From Piromyces finnis finn (Eukaryota; Fungi; Neocallimastigomycota): a stretch of DNA of 64,000 nt. Shown piece by piece: positions 1 to 16,667 of this stretch. The first letter of the stretch is position 1. The number at the start of each line of letters is the position of its first letter. Location: contig MCFH01000050.1 in the NCBI GenBank assembly GCA_002104945.1, forward strand, positions 124,001 through 188,000. Direction: 5' to 3'. Position numbers and translations under genes: made by a program. The notes under the pieces were generated by a model that saw only the letters and a list, made by a program, of their open reading frames with translations, was not told where the DNA came from and searched no databases.

Positions 1-4276
<4,276 letters not shown>

Positions 4277-6294
4277 TTTAAATTTTTTAAAATATATTGG
4301 TAAAAATATGAAAATTGACTATACTATATATATAAAATTACAATATAAAATAAATTTATCAAATTATTTTTAATGTTTATGCAATATATAATTAATACAT
4401 AATAATTATAAATATTTAAATGGTAAAATCTTAAAAAATAAAAATATAATTAATTCTTTTTAAAATTTATTATATTTTTATAATTTTTCATAAATATGTG
4501 TAATTGGTTATACAAAACTTAACCATCCATTATTTTAAAAAAAAAAAAAATTATTCCGTTTTTCAAAAATAAATTATTAATTATTAATTAATTTCTCTAA
4601 AAATTTTTTAAAATTTTAAATTATATTGCATCAATTATTATGATATAAAGCATATACTACAAAGTATTACTTTTTGAATCAGTATTAAATATTATTCATT
4701 ATTCTTTTTTTATTATTTTTGACATTATTGTGATTAAAGCAATGTAGTTTTTACTATTAATAGTTATATTAAAAAAGGACTTGTATATTTTCATTTCTGT
4801 ATTTAAATCCAACATTATTATATAAAAAAACGTAACCATGAAAATTATTTATGAAAAAAGAATAAGTTCAATATTAAAATGTTTGCATGTGTTAATATAG
4901 TCTATAGTTATTAAACAAGCTTTATTATTACTGTTATTGTATAGTAATAATGTATTTGAAAAAAACAATTTATACTGTAATGAATATAGCAATTTAGAAA
5001 CTAATTAATTATATTGTTATTTTATTTTATTTTATTTTATTGTATTCTCACTCAATAATATTAATTTATTCATAATTTTTAAATTGTTAATAATACTAAA
5101 TATTGAATATTACGACCAACAATATTCATTATTCATTATATAATTTAAAAGTTAGTCTTTCACAATGAAGAAATGAATAGGTAGATAATTTATTCCAAAA
5201 TAATAATATAAATGAACAAAATTGGAAGATCAATTACAATCTAATAATAATAATAATAATAATAATAATAGTAATAATAATAATAATAATAATACAAAGT
5301 AAGAGATTGTATTAATATTACAATTATTTCCTATTCATTTATAGATTCTTAAATACTAGCATTTCAATTTCAATGAAACATTCCTTTTTCTTACTTTCAA
5401 ATAATGTACATGACTACTGATTGTTTTGTTTTGTTTTGTTTTTACTTATTTTATATATATATTTTTGAATAAAACTCTTTAAATATAGATAAGAAATCAT
5501 ACTTTTAATATAATTTTTAGATTTTTTTAAGAAAAAGTTGATTTCATATGTGATTTTATAAATAAAAATATATTTCAATATATGTAATATATATTTTTTC
5601 AACATATCTTAACAAGTTTTAAATAATATAAAGGAATGATATAAAAACTGTTAAAAGTTGTATTAATCTATCTGTAACAGCATAGTTACATTTTGTATAA
5701 TTAGTTATAAATTATAATTTATTATATCCAAGTTTGACAATAATTAAATTAAGCTTTTTCATATGGTGGTATGTGGAATATTAATGTTTCTTATTTTATT
5801 TATAATTATTTACCAATAAACATTATATATTATAAATATAATAAATATAATATCAAATAAATGAAAATATTATTATGATTGGATTAGTTTAATATATTAC
5901 AATAAATATTAATAAATTTATTATTAAATAAAATTGAGAAAAAAAAATAAATATTTAAACTTTTTTTTTTTTTAAATTTTTAAAAATTTTTAATCTTAAT
6001 ATCCATATTAATAAAATATAAAACTATCTGTCATTTCGTATTTTTTTAGAAATTAAAAAAATTATATTCATAATCTTAAGAAAATTAAAATTAAAAATCT
6101 TTATTTTTTTACCTTTTTTTTAAAAAAAAACAAGAAAAAACCTATAAAAGTATTTAAATTAAATAAAATATATCATTTATTATTTTTTTTTGATATATAT
6201 TAAAACTAAGGATATTAAAATTTCCTTTTAAATTGAATAATAAAATTAAAAATTGCATATAACAATATAAATTTATTAATTTTAATTATCAAAA

Positions 6295-6686
6295 ATGAGT
6301 AAAAGAAGTAGAAATAATGATAATGAAAATGAACATGTTAAGGTAAAATTTATAATATATTATTTTATAATACTGAATAAAAATATATAGTAGAAAAAAT
6401 ATTTATATAATATTTATGTAATATATATGTAATAAAATCTTTTCAGAAATTTTTTTCAACATATTCAAAAAATTTAAATTCACAAATCAATAGAGAATAT
6501 GATAATCAAATGGACATATATTATGATTCTAATAGTGATGATAGTATAATGACAGATAATAGTAGTAATGGTGCTTATTCTTCAGCAAAAGTAGTAGTAG
6601 TAAAAGAATCTCAAAGTTCAGAGATTTTAAGTTTAGATTTTTATCCAGGATTGCACAGGCATATAATAAATAAAATTGGTTGGTAA
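6295..6686 (+). CDS. Small two-exon hypothetical protein (~95 aa) or decayed gene, absent from the ORF track
   Basis: ATG at 6295, exon 6295-6342 (MSKRSRNNDNENEHVK), GTAAAA donor, TTTCAG acceptor, exon 6447-6686 open in frame (KFFSTYSKNLNSQINREYDNQMD...SEILSLDFYPGLHRHIINKIGW*). Confidence 0.45.
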
Positions 6687-7093
6687 AAATTATAAACCTA
6701 AATTTAAATGGACTGTAATTAGTTCACTTAACCAAAATTTTAAATACCAGAAAACATTGCTTTCAGAATTTTATTCTTAATATAATATCTTGAAATAATA
6801 TATAAAGACATATTTAAGAAAGATATATCCGGAATATTTTTAATTTTTAATTTTAAAAATATATTATATATTTATTTTTAATTTAATTTAAATTACATCA
6901 TTATTTATTAGTGCAATTATAAAGATACTATTTATTTATTTATTTATTTATTTTTAACTTATTCATGAAAGTTAATAATATTTTAAACTCTCCATTTATC
7001 ATTATTAAATAAAGATTACATATATATATAGCAAAATAAAATAAAAACTATTAATGTTTAACAAATAACTTAAAAACATATTTATAATATACT

Positions 7094-7134
7094 ATATATA
7101 CCATATATACCATATATACCATGTATACCATATA
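7094..7134. repeat. Short tandem repeat, 9-bp unit ATATATACC x4 plus a partial copy
   Basis: atatatacc atatatacc atatatacc atgtatacc atata, about 520 bp upstream of the WDR78 ATG. Confidence 0.8.
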
Positions 7135-7658
7135 AATATTAAAATTGGTTTATTACTAAAAATTGCTCTATTTTTTTTTCATTTTTTTTTTATACTTTTT
7201 TTATTTTTCATTCAATATTTTCTTTTTTTATAAAAAAATTATTGTAATTATTTCTTAATAATGTATATATCTAAAGATTAAAATAAATTTAATAAGAATA
7301 AACAATTTTTAAAAAATTATGGTAAATTAATTTAATTATAAATAAATGATTGTATACAACAATCATATAATGTTTTTATATTAAAATGTGAATTAAATAT
7401 TAATTCGGAGTTTTTAGGTTTTTTATAATATTTTTTAAGTTTAAATTAAGAGCAAAGTAAAAAAAATAAAAAAAAAATAGTGTAACGTTTTATTATTTTT
7501 TTTATTAGTTTATAACAAAAATATAAAACAATAAAAAACTACTTAATTTATTCTGTTAAATAGTATTTTTATACTAGATTCTTTCTTTTAATTTTCATTA
7601 TTAATATCATTAATCCATTAAGAGATAAATTTAAACACTATAATACAAGAAATAAAAG

Positions 7659-10600
7659 ATGAGTTCACAGAGAAAAAACAACTCTAATTCATCTTTTTAT
7701 AATAAAAGGTATCAAAATTATAAAAAGAGCAAATGTAGTATTTTAATAATATAATGATAATAAATTATAATAATTGACAATGCTGTATAATCATTTTTAT
7801 GTATAACATATATATTCGAAAATAATAGTAAAAGAAGCATGGCAACGTCTATGTTGTCATCATCACGTATGGTTTCATCTAGGATAAATAGATTAAAACA
7901 GTTTAAACCAACATTGATGAATAATAATAATTCTAATGTTATGCAACCATCAAAAGTTCAAATATTTGATAAAAATGGAAATGATGTTACTCCTTTGCCG
8001 ATGATTAATACTAATAAAAATAATAATAAACCACAAAAAGGAAGTGCATCATCTCAATCTGATATATCATTAACTTCATCTACAAAGGTATAATTTAATA
8101 TTTTAAAGTTTTATAGTTTTATTTTATTGATGAAGGTTTTAATAGTTTCTTTTTATATTTATTATATGAAAAATATTTAAAAATTTTATAAGGAACCTTC
8201 ATATAATGAATATTTATCATATTTTGAATCTCAATTAACAAAATCATTTTCAATGGCTTCCCAAATGAAACAATCATTATCAATCTCAACTGGAAGTAAA
8301 ATGCCATTAAATTCAATCGGCGAAAAGCATGAAGATGCCCTTTCTACTGATAGTGAAAATGAATTAGGTTAATAACACTTCTTTTAAAACTAAAATTTAA
8401 ACATTTTATTATATAAGATAATTAATCTATTTCTAATAATAAAATAAATAAATTCTGAAAGACCAAGGAGAAAGTTCATATTATCTTTTATCAAAAGATG
8501 TCAAAAAAAAGAATGCTAATCCCAATAAAAGAATATATATTACACTTACTGAAACACCAACAATGTGCTTATTTGATATGCCAAACAAAATAATTTTTGC
8601 AGATACGCCAGGAGCAAATGAAATTCAAGAAGAAAACTCAAGATATCAACAGGTAAATCTTTTTTAGTTATTTAATAATAATATTTAATAAATTATTACA
8701 TAAAATTAGTTTAAATTAAAAATATTATTTTATTAACATCTTTAAATAAATAGTTATTACTAAACAAAATAAATAATGATAATTTCGTAGAGAAAATAAG
8801 TCAAACAATTAATAATGATCCAAAAACGAAAGATATGCAAACAGATAATATCATTAAAACAAATGAACAAACACAAGCCAACGTTTGGGATATATATGAT
8901 AATATGAAGATAACGGAGCAGCAAAATAATCAAAATGACGATTTCTTAGATTATTAGTACATATAAAAATTAAAAGCTTTAAATATTTAAAAAAATATAT
9001 ATACATTTTCTAATCTTTATAATAATTTCTATTTTAAAAATTTAATAAAAAAAATTTTTTTTAGTGATACTCCTACTAATATAGATAGGAATGATACAAT
9101 TCAATCTTCAATTGATAACATTACATCATCAATAAATACTAATACAATAAGTGAAGCATCACTAACTCAACAATCTAGTGTAATGTTAAATACAAGTACA
9201 TTTGGAAAATCAATGTTCCAAACTACAGATATGACATCAGCTTCATTTAATAATTCAAATAGTATGATGATTAGTACATATGATGGATCTTCATTAGCAA
9301 ATACCAATAGTAAATCAAATAATGATTCATTAGAAAGATCATATTCATCAGCAAATTCAGTATCAGCAGTATGTATATACTTTTATAATAAATAAGTATT
9401 CAAAAATTAAATATTTAAACTTTAATGAATAACCATTTTAATTAATTCTATTAAATCCATTAGTTAAACCAAGAAAACTTTTTAGCTTCATTACATGTTA
9501 TGGAATGTGTAGTAGTTTCAAATAATTATTTTGATTTATTAGTTGAATATAGAGATTTACCATCCTTGGCAGGTGATAAAAAACCTAGATTAATCAAAAA
9601 GAAGACAAGAAAAAGTAGAAATTCAATAAATGAGGATTCAAACTATGATGAAGATGATGATAATGGTGATAATGATGAGAATGATAATGATGATAATGAT
9701 GAAGCTACTGAAGATTCCAATAATAACTGTAAAATAATAAATAAGAAAAATACTTTAATTTATAAAATAATTAATTTAAATATTTTTTTTTTTATTTTTA
9801 AATAAGTAACAAACTTTTTATTGGATACTCAATTACCTTCATTGCCATTCTTATGGAGTTTTAAATGTGATCTTTCAAGAGGAAGAAATGTTTCACAAAT
9901 TGCTTGGAATAAAAAATGTGAAGTATGTTTTTTTATTAATATTTATCAAATTAAAATATTAAACTAGTAATATATAATAAATAATATTTATTTTAAAAAA
10001 AATAAATATATTTTAAAATAAAAGGATATAATTGCTGTATCATATGAAGAAGTTAAAAATACTAATAATAGTAATTCCCCAAAAGGTTTAATATTGTGTT
10101 GGTCTTTAAAAAATTCAGAGGTAAATCCCTTAATAGAAATTTTAAAAAATATAAACATTTATCTATTTATAAAATAAAAATAATTATTATTCAGCAATAT
10201 GTTCATTTTTTTTGATGATATTTAATTTAATTATAATTATAATAATATTATTAATATATATAGTATCCATCAAGAGTATACAAATTAGATACAGCAGTAT
10301 CAACAATTGATTTTTCACAATCTAATCCAAATCTTCTGGCAGCTGGATTTATGGATGGACGTGTTGTGATTTTTGATATAAGATCCAAAAGCAATATCCC
10401 AGTTTTAGAAAACCAGTAATAATCGTTTTTTTATTATTTTATCTAATTATTTTTTTAAAAAAGTTCGGTAGTAATTAAATTAATTAAAAAATTGATATTA
10501 TATGTTTTTATAAATAACAATATTAGTGAAAATGGTGGTAAGCATTATGATCCAGTTTGGGATATGAAATGGGTGGAAAGAGAACGTATTTTAGGAGATG

Positions 10601-10841
10601 AACAAAGCAAAGGTGAAATATTAGTCACTATTTCTACTGATGGTAGAGTTATTCAATGGAATCTTAAACATGGGCTTGAATTTACAGGTAAAATAAATAA
10701 TAGATTATTAGTTGTTAATTTTATTTAATAATAATGTTGATATATATATATATATATTAATTAATATAGAATTGATGTTTTTAAAACGAGTCACAAAACA
10801 AGATTTTCCTGAACATAATAGTAAAGACAATAACAATAACA

Positions 10842-10877
<36 letters not shown>

Positions 10878-12017
10878 TATTTAAAAAGAAAAAAATACCG
10901 TCATTTATCTCAAGATTATCAGGAGGTTTATGCTTTGACTTTAATTCAAAAGATTCCAATATGTAATGATATATAATTAATTAATTTTTACTTTCTTTTA
11001 CAAAATGATAAAATTAATATTGATATAAAAAAACAAAATTTAATTTTAGTTATCTTACTGGTACAGAAGATGGTGTTATTCATAAATGTTCATGTTCCTA
11101 TAGTGAGCAATACTTACAATCATATTTTGGTCATTCCGGACCTATATATAAGATTAGATGGTCACCCTTCCTTCCAAATATTTTCTTAACTTGTAGTTCT
11201 GATTGGACTATTAGATTATGGAATCAAGAGGAAGAACAATATATATTTAAATTTGAAAATGAAAAGGTATTATTTATATAATATCTTTTTATATATTCAT
11301 GATAATATTAATAATGAATGTATATAAATTAATAATCAAATTATATATATTACAATTAATAGGATACTATTACAGATATTCAATGGTCACCAATGTGTTC
11401 AACTGTCTTTGGTGCAGTTACAAACAGTGGAAGAATTGAGATATGGGATTTATCATTCTCAGTGTATGATATATAAATTATAAAAGTTATTTTATTTAAA
11501 AACAAATATAAAAATGAAAAGAAGCTGTTTTAATAAAATAATATAACTATTTTATTACAAATTATTATTTTGATTTGTATATTATATTTCCAGTTTAGAT
11601 CCAATTATTGTTCACCAAGTGATGGATAGAAAATTAACCTGTATTACCTTTTCTAAGCTTCATCCTGTAGTATTAATTAGTGATGATGGTGGAAATGTTA
11701 ATATTTATAAATTAAAGAATTTCAACTATATTTCCAGTAAATCATTCAATGAACAAGTTGACATTTTACAAAATATTATAATTAATCGTAATGAAATTTC
11801 AGGACTTCAAAATAGCAGTATTAATAATAATTTGAGTAATGATAATGAAAATGAAAATAATGAAACCGAAAATCAAGAAAAGGAAATTCAAGAAGGTGCT
11901 GAAGAAAAGGTGAATAATTTAGAAAAAGCCCAAAGTATTAGAGCCATGTCTATTTATTCAATAACTGAAAAAAGTACTGAAAATATTAATTCAAATAACC
12001 CTGTAACAGAAAATTAA
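7659..12017 (+). CDS. WDR78: Axonemal dynein intermediate chain, WDR78/DNAI4 (IC138-like) WD40 protein; multi-exon
   Basis: Spliced peptides: VQIFDKNGNDVTPLPM, ITLTETPTMCLFDMP, TQANVWDIYD, LWSFKCDLSRGRNVSQIAWNKK, GLILCWSLKNSEYPSR, KHYDPVWDMKW, TISTDGRVIQW, GLCFDFNSKDSNIYLTGTEDGVIHKCSCSYSEQYL, GHSGPIYKIRWSPF, SSDWTIRLW. First exon ATG 7659 joins in frame to the 7829 exon. Confidence 0.88.
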
Positions 12018-12412
12018 TATAATATTTAGATTCAAAAAAAAAAATATCATTTATTAAAAATTTTAAAATTTAAATATATATATCCTTTAATAGATTTTTT
12101 ATTATATATTTATTAATTTAAAAAAAAATACTGATCTATTTATATAACATATATATTTTATATTTTACTTGTAATATAAAAAAATAAGAAATGATTTTTT
12201 ATTGAAATCTATATAATTTAACAATAAGTTGAATTAATTTTAAATTAATAAATAAAAAGAAAATAATAAAATAGATATAAAATAGTAATAATTAGAATTG
12301 TAAATGAAAATCATAAGATTATAATATAGCGTATAATTACTATTTTTATTTGATATTTAAAAATTGTCAAAATTTGATAATGATATTTAAAATTCTAATT
12401 TTATCGTATTAA

Positions 12413-15192
12413 TCATATTAACGCAATATTGTCAACTTTTGTTTGATCTAAACTTGCACACCAATCTAATATTCCGTCCGGATCTTCGCCATTTCGTATA
12501 ATTTCATTGTCATGATATGAAGTATTATTAATATCATTGTTATTACTATGGTTATTAAATTTTTTCATATTATTACTATTATTATTATAATTTTTAATAC
12601 TATGTTCATATTCATCGTTGTAAATAGAAGGTGTTATTGGTGTGACAACTTTTGATACATTTATATCAACATCAACATATTTTTTATCTTGTATTATATC
12701 ATCAAATTCTGTTATATAGTTTTCATTCAATTCTGTATTGTCTCTTTCTACATATGGAATAATTATTTTTTCAATATCTCTTTCATGTTGTTCTTCCAAT
12801 ACCCTATTAATTTCTATTTTAATCATTTTAAATGTGATTAAAAGAAGTTAGATTTCATAGCAAATAAAAAAATATATATATTAATATAAACATATTAATT
12901 TAACAATACCATCATATTGAGAAACCTCTGAACTTTTATAACAATCATTATTAATGTCCTTCATGTAATCATTACCGGTATCATTATTGTTATTATCATT
13001 AGTATCTTTTAGTTGACAGAGTCTTTTTTCTAATTCTTCTATAAAAATATTGTAATATATTTCATTTTCTAATATTTTATTCAAAATCAATTTATCTTCA
13101 TCATTTAATTTAACATCTAAATTCGATTCAATATCCTTTACATTAATAATATTAAGATACCGACATCCAAATTTATATTGATAAAGTTCACCATCTCTTA
13201 CATTAATAACAGGTTGTTCTTGACAATTATATTTTTCTTTTATAATTTTTTTAGTAGACATCAATGCATAATATATATTATCATATGAATTCAAATCATG
13301 GTGAACTTTAACTTCAGGAACTTCATCCATTTTTGTAGTATACTTCTTTGATGCTTTTGTAATGTGATATTTTTTATGGTGACCGAAAAACTTCATAATA
13401 TAGTCAATTTGATCAGTTTCTTTATCAATAATATTCGTTAAATCATGCTTTTTAAATATTTTTGATTCCTCTATATTATATTTATTTTCCTGACTGCTTA
13501 ATTCTGTTTCTGTTTTTATACTTGAGTTTGGAGATTTTAACTTTTTTTTTATTTCCTCTGGATCTTCCGTTTTTTCGTTGTTTCCTTGTGCCAGATTTAT
13601 TTTATTTTTATTTTCATTTATTTCTACACCTTCAATAGCACATTTTGATAAAGATTGATTAACCTTACTCGGGATCTCAGTTAAATTTTGATTTTTATTT
13701 CTTTTGATTTTTATTTTATTTATTGTTTTTAAAAATAATATAATTAGATAATTTTTATTATACTTTAAATAAAAATAATATTATATATACCTATTAATAT
13801 GATATTCATCCGGATTATGTGAATACCTTTTAAATCTTGATTCTTTTATTATAAAAATGAAAATATTTATATATTTTTAGTATTAAAAAAAGAAAATAAA
13901 GAAAAAAAATTTAACAAAAAATTAGTATTAAAAATTTAAAATTTAAATTACCATTTAATTTTGGTAAGTATGTTGCTGAATTAATCCAATCCTGATAATA
14001 GTCATCAAAAGATATTTTTTTTATTTTTTTTGGTATATCATTCATTTCATTACTCTTTTTTTCTTGTTTGTTATGAATGTTACTTTTTTCTTTTTCTTCA
14101 TCTTCATCAAAATAGTCATTATATGGTGAAAGACCAGCTATTATTTTCAATATTCAATAATAGAATTATTACTTATTTTTTTTAAATAATAATATATAAT
14201 TAATATATATTATTCTAACCTTCTACTTTTCTACTTGCAACAACACTATCTTTTACTAATTGATTATATAAATGAGGAGAACTTGAATATGCCTGTGCTG
14301 CAAATATATTGACAGCATTATCCAAAACCGGTTCAGCTAATAATAACTATATATAATTAGTATTATTATATATATTTAATATAAACAAAAGATGATTTGG
14401 AGTTATTTTCTATATAATTTAAAAATTTAAATTTTCGGATTTATATTGATAAATAATTTTTTCTTTATTTATCATTTTTTTAAGAAACTTACCTGCATTG
14501 ATTGTAATATTCCTGTTATTGTTGTTCCAGGTTTCCAAATCTCATCATTATCTAAGAAATCTACACAAGGTTTACCTGTTGTCATATCAACTATGTATAT
14601 ACAAAAATTATTGAAATACTTGTTATCATATCAAACTTTGAATTTAATATATATATCATCATTATATAATATTATTACTATTTGGATGAAATGGGACTGT
14701 TAGAAATATAATTTTGGGTGGTACTGAATCATATTCTTCGTTAAAATTCATTTCAATTGAAAAAATACCACCTTTTATTATAATTGATATTTATAAATAA
14801 GGATAAATTGTTGATTATTAATAATTATAAATTATTATTAAATAGTACATATATTTTTATATAATAATAACCTTCCCATGAAGTTCCTTTTAATCCAGAT
14901 ATTTTTGCCTTCCAATGATAATAATTACCATCGACAGCATTAGCTTCTATTCCCTAATATAATAATAAAATAATAAATATTAATTCTTTTATTATTTTTA
15001 TAGTAATCATCATGATAATGATTTATGATTCAATGTTATCAATATAACAACCAATTTTTTAATTCAAATAATTAATTTAATTATAAAAAAAATAAAAAAC
15101 TATATATATAATAGTATAAATTACCATACCCAAACAGGATTAGTTTTAATCCAATATTCTTCTCTTTGAAGTAACAATAAAGGACGAGACAT
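12413..15192 (-). CDS. UBE2U: UBE2U-like ubiquitin-conjugating enzyme (E2) with long C-terminal extension; multi-exon
   Basis: Exons 15192-15130, 14953-14872, 14771-14679, 14590-14493, 14346-14220, 14137-13952 and further give MSRPLLLLQREEYWIKTNPVW-GIEANAVDGNYYHWKAKISGLKGTSWEGGIFSIEMNFNEEYDSVPPKIIFLTVPFHPNIDMTTGKPCVDFLDNDEIWKPGTTITGILQSMQLLLAEPVLDNAVNIFAA. The HPN motif and catalytic Cys are present. The downstream ORFs 12881-13396 and 12413-12826 join in frame. The UBC core is not in the ORF track. Confidence 0.85.
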
Positions 15193-15972
15193 AACTTTAA
15201 ATGCTAAGTTAATAATACAAAATATAGAAATGTTTATATGTATATATAATTACTACTTTTTATAATGTTTGATTTAAGCTTTTATAATTTAAAAAGAGTT
15301 AACAAAAAATTATGTTAAAAATCATAAAAGAAAATAATTAATTTTTAAACCAAAAGAAACATAATTTTACGAATTTATTTCTTTCAAATATAATTAAAGT
15401 TTAAGCATATATAAACAACTCTATATAAAAATTATTCAAAAAAAATTATACTTTAATACACGTATTTATTATGTTATTTTTTTTTTTTTAAAAAAAAAAA
15501 TTTAGTATTTGATTTATTTTATTTATACAAATAATTAAAATAATAGATTTTTTTTTCTTCCATATAGTTTTTTTTTATTGTTTTGATTAAATATGGTATA
15601 TTTATACATTTTAATACCATTAAAATATATTGTCTATTATCGAACAAGCGTAAAACGAAACAAAAAAAAAGTAATAATTATAAAAAAAATAAAAAATTTT
15701 CGCTGTTTACTAATACTAAAATAACATTCATATATTAAAAAAAAAAAAAAAAAAAAAGATGAAATTTAACAGTGGTTTTTGTTTGTGGTATAATTGAATT
15801 AAAAAATAATTTGTATATTATCAAAAGTATTTAATTTATTTGTTTTTTGTTTGTTTGTTTCTTCTCATCTCATTATTTTATATTTAATTTTATTAAATTG
15901 TCGATATAAATTATTTTATATTATATTATCTTTATCAACAATTTATAAAAATATTAAATTAATAATTTTGTA

Positions 15973-16141
15973 TTATTGAAAAGAACTTTCAATTTTCTTT
16001 AATCTTGAATAACATTTTCTTCTTCTTTCTTCATTTAATAATGGATCATTTAATAATTTTCTTAATGTATCCGCTTCTGCTATTTTTTGTCTAAATAGCA
16101 ATATTTTTGTATTATCTATTTGATCTCTATTATTAGTAGTA

Positions 16142-16235
<94 letters not shown>

Positions 16236-16578
16236 ATCCTTGATCATTATAATTATTGCTACCATTATTTTCTTTTGAATATCTATCAGAATCATAAGAT
16301 GTAGTACTTAACTGTACAAAATTTAATGGGAACATTCCTCTCTTATTTGTTGTTTTATTTAAACCTAAATTAAAAATAATTAAAATAAATATTTAGAATT
16401 TCAAATTAAATATATATATTTTCTTAAGCTATATATAAAAAATTACCTTCTGCCCATCCGTCATCAAAACTCTTATATATGTTTACAGCATCACCTGGAT
16501 GAATTGAGATTTCATCAGTTCTTTGAGCTTTATATGGACGAACTACATAATAAATTATATCACTTATATTAGGTTGAC

Positions 16579-16667
<89 letters not shown>

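Noticed and set aside
7094-7134. Short direct repeats considered as a CRISPR-like array
   Set aside because: 9-bp tandem units with no spacers in a eukaryotic context.
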